Shown: positions 9,318-18,215, numbered from the stretch's first letter. The stretch is DNA of 25,133 nucleotides from Vampirovibrionaceae bacterium NZW_1234 (GCA_041697335.1 JBGUGD010000005.1:1-25133), one strand, 5' to 3'. Translations and numbers: made by a program. Notes: generated by a model from the letters alone, not told the origin.

Positions 9318-10592
9318 ATGGCACAAGATATCCTTCGGCGGATTGAACGCTTAATTCCACGAACGGTCCCCTTGTACACACCACAAGGGGACCAGTTCGC
9401 GTCTCAGAATATCGACACCAGCCAACGCTACAACTTGAACGTGGGAGATCAGCAATACGAACTGAAAGCTCCTGCCAACGTTGGCGAGTATGAATCCCCT
9501 GACACCAATGCTATTTCTCAACAAAAAGCCTATCAGCAAGTTGGCTCCAACGGTCAGCTTCAATCGGTATCTCAAGCCCAGTCTCGAGCTTTCCTGGCCT
9601 ATCAACCCAACTTCAACCGCATGACCGGCTTTGACTTTGCTTCGAACTATTACCTCGCCAGTACAGATAACGTCACAGGGCAGTATGGGGATTTTTTCAA
9701 AAATATCGATCAAAACCAGCAGGCTATGTTGCAAGCCATCCAAAACCGCACACCGGGAGAATACCTGCTGAATAATGGGGTCAAGATTACCATTGATCAA
9801 AATGGCGAGCTTTCCATGGCCGTTACGTCGCAAACCAACGATATTCAAACCGGAAACGCAAGTGCCGGCTTCAACAGTACCTTTCCGGCAGACACAGTTG
9901 CTGCGGGCACCCGCAGCATTACCGGTATCACTCAAAGCAATGTCATCAGCGCCACAGACCCTACAAACACCGCTCAGCTGACAAGGCTCACCCCCCAAGA
10001 AACCGATGCCCTCGAGATGCAAGATCAGCTGGAACAGGCTGCCCGAAAGAATGACATGACCACCCAAAGCACCCAACGCCGCAATGATGTCACCGGAGTA
10101 GACATTACCAACAATCTGGATGCATCACAGCGGCTACAAGCGACCCAAGAGCCTTCAAAACCCACAGAGCTAAATAATATTGCAACCAACGATGCATTAA
10201 AGCGGATTGACACAACATCACAACCGGATCCCGCCCGCCTGGATCCCAACCGCGCAGAACCAAAAATTCAGACTGATTCCGAAGCTCAGCGTTTGGCAAA
10301 GCTCCAGGCAAATGCCTTTAACGCGGCCCTGGCAGAAAACATTATTCGCACTCAAGCCCAAACAGGCCGGGTCTTGGTGCAGCCCCCACCACGAGACACA
10401 CAAGCCGGCCAACCCAACCCCATTGCGGCCAATGCCAACCCTAACAATACCTTCCAATCCAACCCCAACCCCGCACAACGAATGGGCGATGCAACACAAA
10501 AAGGCGGCTCTGGCAACGCTGGCCTGATGTACTCCATGGCAAACCGCCAACGCCGCAGACAGCGTGAGGCCAATGCCATTTTCAAAACCTGA
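9318..10592 (+). CDS. Q/N/T-rich low-complexity hypothetical protein
   Basis: Long ORF with strongly biased composition and a basic C-terminus (NRQRRRQRE). ATG 9318 after a purine-rich stretch (AGGAG...AAGAAGAG) is preferred over TTG 9279. Confidence 0.8.
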   Translation: MAQDILRRIERLIPRTVPLYTPQGDQFASQNIDTSQRYNLNVGDQQYELKAPANVGEYESPDTNAISQQKAYQQVGSNGQLQSVSQAQSRAFLAYQPNFNRMTGFDFASNYYLASTDNVTGQYGDFFKNIDQNQQAMLQAIQNRTPGEYLLNNGVKITIDQNGELSMAVTSQTNDIQTGNASAGFNSTFPADTVAAGTRSITGITQSNVISATDPTNTAQLTRLTPQETDALEMQDQLEQAARKNDMTTQSTQRRNDVTGVDITNNLDASQRLQATQEPSKPTELNNIATNDALKRIDTTSQPDPARLDPNRAEPKIQTDSEAQRLAKLQANAFNAALAENIIRTQAQTGRVLVQPPPRDTQAGQPNPIAANANPNNTFQSNPNPAQRMGDATQKGGSGNAGLMYSMANRQRRRQREANAIFKT

Positions 10593-11366
10593 TTACAACA
10601 GTGCCAACATTTTATGCGTCTGGGGAATGACCCGAACATCCGAAAAATAATGGGACAAAAACGATTCCAACTCAAAAATCTTCTGCGCCGACACGGTATT
10701 TTCACCGGTCTCCAAAGACGTCATCGGCTGTAAAATGACAGGTGTGGCGGGATTGGTCACAATATCGCAGGTGGCGGCGACTTCATCACAATGCGTTGCA
10801 TTATTGAAGACGAGCTTCACATAATGCTCCATGTCCTGACAGGCCTGATAAAACGCCTGATGCTCCGCCAGCAGCATGGGCTCTCCCGTGGCCGAAGGCA
10901 GCTTGATGTCCATCGCCACAATAGACACCCAAGGCTTAATCCGCAAGAACTTCTCCGGTTGTGTACCGCTGGTTTCCAGATATACCGGCAGAATCGGTAC
11001 CACCGCAGGTAGCAAGGCCGTCAAAAAATCAGTATACAGAAGCGGTTCACCCCCGGTAAAACTCACACTGTGGTGTCGGGCTTGGGATGCAAAGTGCTGA
11101 ATCCAGTCAAGGACTTGGGCGGCAGAAATGGGATTATCAATCAGGCGCTTCTCATGGCTTCCACTAACCCATTCCAACTCACACTGCTGGGCGGCGGGTC
11201 GCTGAGGCGTATCGCAATATGCACATTTCAAGTGGCATGCATTAAACCGAACGAACACCTGGCGCCTGCCCACATAAGGTCCTTCGCCCTGAATGGACGA
11301 AAACACCTCTTGCAAGCCCGCCTGGGCTATCTCTATAGCTGGCAGTTCTGAAAGTGAGAGCGTCAT
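10593..11366 (-). CDS. queE: 7-carboxy-7-deazaguanine synthase (radical SAM)
   Basis: EVFSSIQGEG..VG..QVFVRF, CxxxCxxC (CHLKCAYCDT), TGGEPLL, ETSG, MDIKLPS, RVIPQTHK. Confidence 0.9.
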   Translation of the reverse strand: MTLSLSELPAIEIAQAGLQEVFSSIQGEGPYVGRRQVFVRFNACHLKCAYCDTPQRPAAQQCELEWVSGSHEKRLIDNPISAAQVLDWIQHFASQARHHSVSFTGGEPLLYTDFLTALLPAVVPILPVYLETSGTQPEKFLRIKPWVSIVAMDIKLPSATGEPMLLAEHQAFYQACQDMEHYVKLVFNNATHCDEVAATCDIVTNPATPVILQPMTSLETGENTVSAQKIFELESFLSHYFSDVRVIPQTHKMLALL

Positions 11367-11405
11367 GCTACAGCATCCTGATGAATATGAGAATTATCAC
11401 CTCTT

Positions 11406-11434
11406 ATGATAGACCCAAGACCCGGTCAACGCAA
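11406..11434 (-). promoter_or_regulatory. Candidate sigma70-type promoter of queE
   Basis: Minus strand TTGCGT-17 nt-TATCAT, ending about 40 nt upstream of the queE ATG. Confidence 0.45.
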
Positions 11435-11615
11435 ATTCGGATTTCAATCCCCTCCCAACGTCGTCTCCTGTAGGCATCACATACTCCAAACGTGTTCCAT
11501 CCTGTTTTAAATAGACGGGTTTAAAAGCCGTAAGACCTGGGAATAATACCAAAAAAGCCTCTTACTGAACAATAAGGATTTAAGAAACAACCACAAAGGG
11601 CCCTTAAGCGAACTC

Positions 11616-11645
11616 AACTTCGACAAACTTCGACAAACTTCGACA
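11616..11645. repeat. Perfect tandem repeat (AACTTCGACA) x3
   Basis: Units at 11616-11625, 11626-11635 and 11636-11645. Confidence 0.9.
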
Positions 11646-11917
11646 AAACGCGTCGAATACCGTACGCCCCACCCCCAAATACCCAAAAAGCCTTATAAAC
11701 AAAGAGTTTTCCCGTTCGACACTTTTCAAAGCGACGCGAAAATGTCGACAAAATGACGATCAAATGTCGATTATTCGTCGATCGGGTGACGCTGCAGCTT
11801 GGAGCGACCGAGAATGTACCCAAGCCCATCTTTCGCAAAGTCTCACACCTAAAGAGACCCCTCATCAGATAAGACGGAGCGAATAATCTGACATCAGCGA
11901 ACCGAAAAGAGAATCCT

Positions 11918-13492
11918 TCAATAAGAATGGGTCCAGGCCAATGCAGGCACCTGAAGTAAATTCGCCTTCAATAGAGGCCTAACAGCATTGGCGGCATAAA
12001 TCCCTTCAGCTACCGCACTTTCGATAGCAGCCATCCCCTGCCCGTCTGAATGTGCCAAAACAATACGCCCGTATTCCTTGGGCATTTTATGCAAGGCGTG
12101 AATCAACCCGACACGAGAACTAACCATCTGATGGCCATAGCGAGTCAAGGCCACTTCCTTGAGATTACCCGGCGCAAAGGACGTCACCTCTTGCAGCGAG
12201 GCCCCAACAGACTGGGCAAAGGCATGGCGATCTCCTTGAATCAACGACATTCTACCGCCCACAGGATTTCGAAAAGGGGCATATACCGTCAACACAGAGG
12301 AGGTAGAAACAGCGGGCTCCCCGGATACATGATTTGCTGCAATAAAATCCGTAAACACCGGGTTATTCGGAGTCCAATGATCATACCCACCTTGAAAAAC
12401 CGGGCGATCAAAACAACAATTGGCTACCAGATAAGACCCATAACGCATGCGACGCATCACAGAGCGGCTTTCCTCGGGCAGTTCGGCAACAATGCGATGG
12501 GCAAAGAAATACGGCACAGCGAGCACAACGGCTTTGCTGGCCACCGTTTCACACAGATCCGGGTTTTGGTTCTGAAAAAATGATGTATGAACTTCATCTC
12601 CGACCTGTTGAATCCGGTACACCGAAACCCCGGTCTCTAATCTCGCCGGCCCCGCCTGTTGAACCCTTTCCACCAGACGTTGTGCCACAGCAGAATTCCC
12701 TCCAGGGAAGGCTATAATTTGACCTGCAATTTCCGAGTAGAAGTTCACCCCGGCATAGGCCGACACCTCCCGAATACCACCACCTAAAGCAGAGAAACAA
12801 TAAGCATCGATACAGCGAAGCAAGTCGGCTGGATAATCATTCTTGAGAAAGTCGTAGAAACTGACCCGATCTAAAGCCAAGGCCTGAGAGGACGCTTTTT
12901 GTATTGGGATACCGGGAAAATCCTCACGACCCAACCATTCACCCAAGTATCGCTTGAGCTTCGTAAAGGCAAATTCCATGGGCCCTCTGTCAAGAGAATG
13001 CCACTGAGCATTCATAAAAGCCATATCTCGCGGCTCTTTTACCGGAGACAGTTTCAAACCCAATTCATCATACAAAGGACCATAAGGCTCTTCGGTATCG
13101 ACGAGATAAGCGGGGCCCAAAGAGTAGGGCGAACCTTGATATTGTCCTGATTTAGCGGTTCCACCCAAGGTTTCTTCCCGCTCCAGCACCAGCAAATCTT
13201 CTTCCCGCAAGAAATAGGCAGCCGTTAGCCCTGTCAGGCCACCGCCGACAATCACCAGTTGATGTCGGCGACTGGGTTCCGGTACAGGAAGCAAAACACC
13301 ATCACGAACCCGATGCATGGGCTTAAATGAGTCCCCCGTCCACTCGGGCACCTGAACCCAATCGCCATCAAAGCGAAATGTGTCTGCTTGGACCTGTGGC
13401 GTTGTCTCTATGGCTCTACCCACTCCAGCAGCAAGGCTCATCATCCCAAGCCCGGCCCCACCCATCAATTTCATAAATGTCCGTCGATCCAT
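11918..13492 (-). CDS. Tat-signal FAD-dependent oxidoreductase (flavin amine oxidase-like)
   Basis: MDRRTFMK twin-arginine motif plus hydrophobic stretch; Rossmann IVGGGLTGLTAA...LERE...GG; C-terminal SDGQGMAAIESAVAEG. ATG 13492 follows AAAGGT. Confidence 0.88.
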   Translation of the reverse strand: MDRRTFMKLMGGAGLGMMSLAAGVGRAIETTPQVQADTFRFDGDWVQVPEWTGDSFKPMHRVRDGVLLPVPEPSRRHQLVIVGGGLTGLTAAYFLREEDLLVLEREETLGGTAKSGQYQGSPYSLGPAYLVDTEEPYGPLYDELGLKLSPVKEPRDMAFMNAQWHSLDRGPMEFAFTKLKRYLGEWLGREDFPGIPIQKASSQALALDRVSFYDFLKNDYPADLLRCIDAYCFSALGGGIREVSAYAGVNFYSEIAGQIIAFPGGNSAVAQRLVERVQQAGPARLETGVSVYRIQQVGDEVHTSFFQNQNPDLCETVASKAVVLAVPYFFAHRIVAELPEESRSVMRRMRYGSYLVANCCFDRPVFQGGYDHWTPNNPVFTDFIAANHVSGEPAVSTSSVLTVYAPFRNPVGGRMSLIQGDRHAFAQSVGASLQEVTSFAPGNLKEVALTRYGHQMVSSRVGLIHALHKMPKEYGRIVLAHSDGQGMAAIESAVAEGIYAANAVRPLLKANLLQVPALAWTHSY

Positions 13493-13634
13493 CGTCAACC
13501 TTTTCAACAACCCTTCTTAAACCGACTGAGCTATTTCGATCATACTGCCATTTCAGGCCAAGGCCTAGTACTTTACAGCAGACGCGGGAAAGGACAAGGC
13601 CTTTCAGCGTGTATTAGAGCCTCGTTGCAACTGT

Positions 13635-15401
13635 CTAGAGTTGAATTGGGTTCGTTGAGGGTGGAGCCAATTCAATCCAAGCCCGAACCATGCTGGATGA
13701 TTGAGAACCAGGCACCAGTTTTAACTCATTCAACTTACCGGCAACCAATTCCGAACTTAATACTCGTTGTACACGTTGATTCGGAGCAACCTTAACCTGC
13801 ATGTTACTCCCATTGATACTGACGTCGACCACAGCCTCCTCTGTGCTCTTCACGAAAAGCACCCCCTGAGGTTCGTGCACAAAGAAGTGGGTCATCATTC
13901 CATTCCCCTGAGAGGCTATCAAGGGAATAGACCCTATGGATACGCCCGGATAATAATGTTGCAGGATTTTGACAAACGGTTGGTTCCTCTTGGACAAGTA
14001 GCTTGCTCCAAGCTGACTCATCCCCACACCGTGGCCGAAACCACCTCCAGTAGCCTTAACCTCGATGATATTGCCATTGGGATCCTTAACCATATCGAAG
14101 AAGACATTGGCACTAGGCAAAAAGCGGTTATTGGTTCTGAGAATGCTTCGAATGACGAATTCTTTACTCACCACCCAGGTGCCATTTGAGCCATCAATGG
14201 CCAATTGCATAATTTTTCCGGAAACGCCGCGCCGAAGGACCCTAAATTGCTTAAACGTACCAATCTTGGCTCCCGCCGGAAACGCAGGCGTCACAAACGG
14301 ACGCGTAAAGTTCTCCTGAGACGCCTTGGCCATCTGAGTATTGATCAGATCTTCAAGGGCCAGGCGAGTCCATTGACGTTGCCAGCGATAATTCGGAGAC
14401 TGAATGTCAAAGCTGCGAGCCTGCGGGTTCGAGTAGAAAGCCCGGACACCGGCCTCGGTCATGAGATCATCCGGCTGCCCAATATCCGGACGTCCCTTTA
14501 AATAGGGAATGGGTGTCCCTGGAAACTGGTTCGTCTTGGCATCGGAGAAGGCATTTTCATAATTTTCAGAATGCCCGCCATGAGACGAACTATAGAGGGC
14601 TAAAATCGGCTCACCGTCATAGAGGGCGACCAACCCTTGGGTCTCTTCCAGCGCTTTAGTGGTCTGGGGATGTTCGGTCTGTGCCCCATAGTAGGCCTGG
14701 CAATATTGCGAATCACAAATATCAAACTGGGGCCAAGGCTTTTCACGGGGTCGAATAGCATAATTTCTGGCAGCCACGGCCTGGGCTTTAACAGCTTCGT
14801 ATCCATAGGAAATGGGCAGTTCGTTAGGAACAACAGCCTTCAGGTAATCCTGCATTGGGAGCACGTTGACCACGCTAAATTTTGCAGGGGATGAATAGCC
14901 GGGTATCAATTCAAAAACGCCACGATAGCTCGGCACAGTTCCTTTTCGGGTCACGTTCATCAGCTTCAGCTTTGCCCCCGGCGTTATCGGCTCGACACGA
15001 AGCGCACCCAAAAATGGCCCATAGGTCGCTTTGTTTTTAACAGCCAACGTAAATCCAGCGGACGTGCGACTGATTGTCATGGAATTTTCCGAGGGGACCG
15101 TCACCAATACCCGATTATCGGACTTACTGACAACACGATATTCGCCACTGGCACCGATCATGGCATAAGGATATTCTTGTTGGGTCATGGTGTTATCGCT
15201 TAACCCAACTCGAATCAAGTCAGCATCCAAAATCGTAACAGGTTTTCTAGCCACAGGCTGTGATTGGGCAATAGCCTTCAAAGGCATTACACCCGTACCC
15301 GTCAACACTGTAAAGACTGTAGAACCTGTTAAAGCTGTCAGAACAATGACGCCAACCCACCAGCGTCTCGTTTTTTGAGGAAAAGACATTTTCTTTGGCA
15401 T
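13635..15401 (-). CDS. SpoIID/LytB-domain protein (peptidoglycan lytic transglycosylase-like)
   Basis: YRG, VNVLPMQDYLKAVVPNE, EAVKAQAVAARNYA, DICDSQYCQAY, GGGFGHGVGMSQLGA, ILQHYYPG; N-terminal membrane anchor. Start is ATG 15401 or GTG 15407. Confidence 0.92.
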   Translation of the reverse strand: MPKKMSFPQKTRRWWVGVIVLTALTGSTVFTVLTGTGVMPLKAIAQSQPVARKPVTILDADLIRVGLSDNTMTQQEYPYAMIGASGEYRVVSKSDNRVLVTVPSENSMTISRTSAGFTLAVKNKATYGPFLGALRVEPITPGAKLKLMNVTRKGTVPSYRGVFELIPGYSSPAKFSVVNVLPMQDYLKAVVPNELPISYGYEAVKAQAVAARNYAIRPREKPWPQFDICDSQYCQAYYGAQTEHPQTTKALEETQGLVALYDGEPILALYSSSHGGHSENYENAFSDAKTNQFPGTPIPYLKGRPDIGQPDDLMTEAGVRAFYSNPQARSFDIQSPNYRWQRQWTRLALEDLINTQMAKASQENFTRPFVTPAFPAGAKIGTFKQFRVLRRGVSGKIMQLAIDGSNGTWVVSKEFVIRSILRTNNRFLPSANVFFDMVKDPNGNIIEVKATGGGFGHGVGMSQLGASYLSKRNQPFVKILQHYYPGVSIGSIPLIASQGNGMMTHFFVHEPQGVLFVKSTEEAVVDVSINGSNMQVKVAPNQRVQRVLSSELVAGKLNELKLVPGSQSSSMVRAWIELAPPSTNPIQL

Positions 15402-15531
15402 GAGCACCCACTCGCTATCCAGTTGAACATACGGAATCCTATAGACAGGGACTTCAATCGAGCGAATGAGTTCCCATATCTTCCATGCTCATTATAATGG
15501 GTCTAATTATTCTCAAAAAAACGAGGCCGCT

Positions 15532-17085
15532 GTGAAACTCATCCCTGACCTCACCCCGATTGATCAAAAAGCCATCCATGAATTGGGTATTCCAAGTCTT
15601 CTCTTAATGGAAGAAGCAGGGCGACGCGTGGCCTTACGTGTCACTCGTCTCCTTGAACAGCGTAAGCTTAGCTTGCCCGTTGTTACAGTCGTCTGCGGCA
15701 AAGGCAATAACGGAGGAGATGGGTTCGTATGCGCCCGTCGATTGGCCATGCTGGGGAATTGCCAGGTTGTGGTCGTGCATGCGGTTCCGGAATCGGAAAT
15801 GTCGGGGGACACGTTAACCAATTTCAAGCTCCTGAAACATCACCCCATCTCGGTCATCTCAGGAATGATGGTTGAGCGGGTTACAGACACATTAGTCACG
15901 TCTGACATTGTGGTGGATGCCATTTTCGGAAGCGGGCTGTCACGCCCCATCGAAGGGCATTTCAGAGATCTTGTCAATGCCGTGAGCGACTGCGGAGCCT
16001 TTGTTGTAGCCGTAGATCTGCCATCAGGTGTCCACAGTTCAACGGGAAAAGTTCTGGGTTGTGCGGTTAAAGCCGATTTTACCGTCACATTTGCTGCACC
16101 AAAACCTGGTCTCTACCTCTTTCCAGGAAAAGGTTATACGGGTGAAGTTGAATTTGTGGACATTGGCATCCCTCGCCGACTCATGGAAGAAGATGCAAGC
16201 CAAATTCACCTCATCACACCTCAAATGGTACGAAATAAACTGCCTCGACGAGAGGGTCTATCCCACAAGTTCAGCTATGGCACGGTACTCGTAATTGCTG
16301 GAAGTCGGGATATGCCTGGAGCTGCTGTCATGACCGCCAAAGCAGCTCTCGCTTCCGGTGCAGGGATTGTGATTTTAGCAGCCCCTGAGTCGGCTTTTGC
16401 CCGGATGGATCTCCCCCCGGAGCTAATCTGCAAGAGCCTGCCAGAGACATCAGATGGCATCATCTCACCGGAAGCCTTGCAAGCCTTGGCACCTTTATGG
16501 AATCGAGTCTCAACCGTGGCATTCGGGCCCGGCATGACCCACCAACCCCCGGCTGTTTCCTTCACCGAGCAACTACTCCAGTTTTTACAAAGCCAATTTC
16601 AAGGTCCTGTTGTCATTGATGCCGATGGTTTAAATTGTCTCAGCACAATCAAACCTCACCCAATCTTATCACCCCGCTTCATTTTGACCCCTCATTTGGG
16701 TGAATGCACCCGATTAACCGGCCTGGATAAGGAAACCGTTCAGAACGATTTACTCAACGCCTGCCAAACAACTGTTCAGCAGTATCAGGCCACCGTGGTT
16801 CTTAAATCCGCCTCAACCGTGATAAGTGATATCTCCGGTAGGCAATGGATTAACCCGACAGGAAACCCTGGAATGGCCACTGCAGGAAGCGGCGATATTC
16901 TGACGGGCTTAGTGGCCGGCTTTCTGGCCCAAGGCCTTTCGGCCGATAAAGCAACCCGAATAGCAACCTACCTGCATGGCCTGTCTGGTGACAAAGCTGC
17001 AGAAGCTCTTTCTCCCTTCTGCCTCACCGCAACACATCTTATCGATTATCTGCCCCATGCCATCCAAGGGGTTCAAAACAGCTAG
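15532..17085 (+). CDS. nnr: Bifunctional NAD(P)HX epimerase/dehydratase (YjeF, NnrE-NnrD fusion)
   Basis: LMEEAG, CGKGNNGGDG, DAIFGSG, DLPSG, HKFSYG, GPG, VIDADGLN, LTPHLGE, GNPGMATAGSGDILTG. GTG 15532 follows GAGG, and TATAAT at 15493-15498 argues against the 15466 start. Confidence 0.93.
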   Translation: MKLIPDLTPIDQKAIHELGIPSLLLMEEAGRRVALRVTRLLEQRKLSLPVVTVVCGKGNNGGDGFVCARRLAMLGNCQVVVVHAVPESEMSGDTLTNFKLLKHHPISVISGMMVERVTDTLVTSDIVVDAIFGSGLSRPIEGHFRDLVNAVSDCGAFVVAVDLPSGVHSSTGKVLGCAVKADFTVTFAAPKPGLYLFPGKGYTGEVEFVDIGIPRRLMEEDASQIHLITPQMVRNKLPRREGLSHKFSYGTVLVIAGSRDMPGAAVMTAKAALASGAGIVILAAPESAFARMDLPPELICKSLPETSDGIISPEALQALAPLWNRVSTVAFGPGMTHQPPAVSFTEQLLQFLQSQFQGPVVIDADGLNCLSTIKPHPILSPRFILTPHLGECTRLTGLDKETVQNDLLNACQTTVQQYQATVVLKSASTVISDISGRQWINPTGNPGMATAGSGDILTGLVAGFLAQGLSADKATRIATYLHGLSGDKAAEALSPFCLTATHLIDYLPHAIQGVQNS

Positions 17086-17103
17086 AGCGAGGATACCCGT
17101 CTG

Positions 17104-17838
17104 ATGGAAGTCATTTACATTAAAAAGCTGGTCAAAGACGGGATAGAGTCCTACACGGTACCTGCCGTGGGCATTAAAACCCAGGATGGGATGCGTCTCA
17201 TACCCCATCCTTTTGGAACGGAAACAGCAGCCTTTGAAACACTGGAAAAAGCCGTAGCGCAAATTCATCGAGCTGGATTTTCAGCGGAGTTTAATGGCAA
17301 GCCCTACCCTCCCACTGGAAAATCAGCCCCGACAAAGCCAAAGCCAACACAACGCCATAGGCCCGGATCCGTCATGCAGACGATCGCTGATGCGTTACCT
17401 TACCTCTTGGAGCAGCTCAGCGATAATGTTCCAGGGGTTGTGGCCAGTGCCGCCTTTGCCTTGGGTGAGATCAAAGATGAAAGCGCCTTACCCGGATTAA
17501 TTCATGCCCTAAGCAACGATGATCCCACAGTCCGCAAGAATGTCGCCGAAGCCTTGGCCAAGATCGGCCGACCAGCTCTCGGACCGCTTCAAATGGCTTT
17601 GCAAGACAACCACTGGGTTGTGAGACACACAGCCCTAACAGCCGTGCAAGAGTTAACCCATTTCGGCCTCGAACTGATTCCAGAAATTTTGCCCCACGCC
17701 ATTCCCCTGTTAAAAGACGAAAGCTGGCTGGTCAGAAGCCAAGCGGCCATTGTTGTTGGAGATGTCAGCAAAGTCTATCAAGAACTTCAAGCCAAAGAGC
17801 AAGGCTCAGGCTTAAGAGACTCTGGCTATTCTGCCTAA
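17104..17838 (+). CDS. HEAT-repeat (PBS-lyase HEAT-like) protein with a small N-terminal domain
   Basis: Repeats LSD..PGVVASAAFALGEI, LSNDDPTVRKNVAEALAKIG, LQDNHWVVRHTA, LKDESWLVRSQAA; 18 nt after nnr. Confidence 0.85.
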   Translation: MEVIYIKKLVKDGIESYTVPAVGIKTQDGMRLIPHPFGTETAAFETLEKAVAQIHRAGFSAEFNGKPYPPTGKSAPTKPKPTQRHRPGSVMQTIADALPYLLEQLSDNVPGVVASAAFALGEIKDESALPGLIHALSNDDPTVRKNVAEALAKIGRPALGPLQMALQDNHWVVRHTALTAVQELTHFGLELIPEILPHAIPLLKDESWLVRSQAAIVVGDVSKVYQELQAKEQGSGLRDSGYSA

Positions 17839-17967
17839 GTCGGCCATAGGATTCCGTATCTTGGGGATATTCAGCCCTGCCAAGCCCTTTTCATATATCT
17901 AAAAGAAAGAAATACACCCTCAAAGCAAATCCTTAATAAATAATTAATATTCTGTTTCGACCTCAAT

Positions 17968-17985
17968 TTTATAAAGTTTTGTAAC
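17968..17985 (-). promoter_or_regulatory. Second HLR1-like direct repeat
   Basis: Minus strand GTTACAAA-AC-TTTATAAA, one mismatch to (G/T)TTACA(T/A)(T/A)-N2 repeated. AT-rich context raises the chance of coincidence. Confidence 0.35.
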
Positions 17986-18107
17986 ATTCCTGATCTACAA
18001 AACCTCATTTTAGGCATTTTCGATCATGTGATTGTTTTTATTTTTGTAAGAGAAGCGAAACCTCCCACACTCATATAACCTACGAGAAGAAAAGAGAGAA
18101 CATAAGC

Positions 18108-18135
18108 TCCGGCAAGAAATTGCCGGGTTTTTTTT
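18108..18135 (+). terminator. Rho-independent terminator
   Basis: TCCGGCAA-GAAA-TTGCCGGG followed by 8 T. Confidence 0.9.
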
Positions 18136-18215
18136 AGGGTTGGGCCATGGATGATTTTTTCGTAGAGGGAGATAAAAGGCTTTTGCACGGGGAAAAGTTT
18201 TGATACCCTTAACCT

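Noticed and set aside
9351..10076. 241-aa antisense ORF, and other long antisense ORFs inside cysE, cysK, the oxidoreductase and recA
   Set aside because: Shadow frames of better-supported genes, with no motifs of their own.
11367..11405. preQ1 riboswitch upstream of queE (AGAGGU start)
   Set aside because: No CCUCU partner strand and no A-rich 3' tail.
11616..11660. CRISPR array or replication origin
   Set aside because: Repeats are 10 bp with no spacers and there are no cas genes. No DnaA-box cluster; the only TTATCCACA noticed (21520-21528) is inside a CDS.
11834..11856. c-di-GMP-I riboswitch (CGCAAAG...CCTAAA)
   Set aside because: The upstream GGCAAAC/GNRA stem and the downstream pairing strand are absent, and no gene follows on the + strand.
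11825..11880. Canonical active hammerhead ribozyme on the minus strand
   Set aside because: The core and stem II are present, but I found no arrangement giving stem I, stem III and a UH site together. Kept only as a variant hypothesis.
11764..11894. Retron msr-msd (terminal inverted repeats)
   Set aside because: No reverse transcriptase in the window and no long msd hairpin.
18067..18135. Purine riboswitch (CACTCATATAA start, terminator, nucleoside genes downstream)
   Set aside because: Only the first 11 nt match; the UAUGG loop, UUUCUACC junction, CCGUAAA loop and P1 3' strand are missing.
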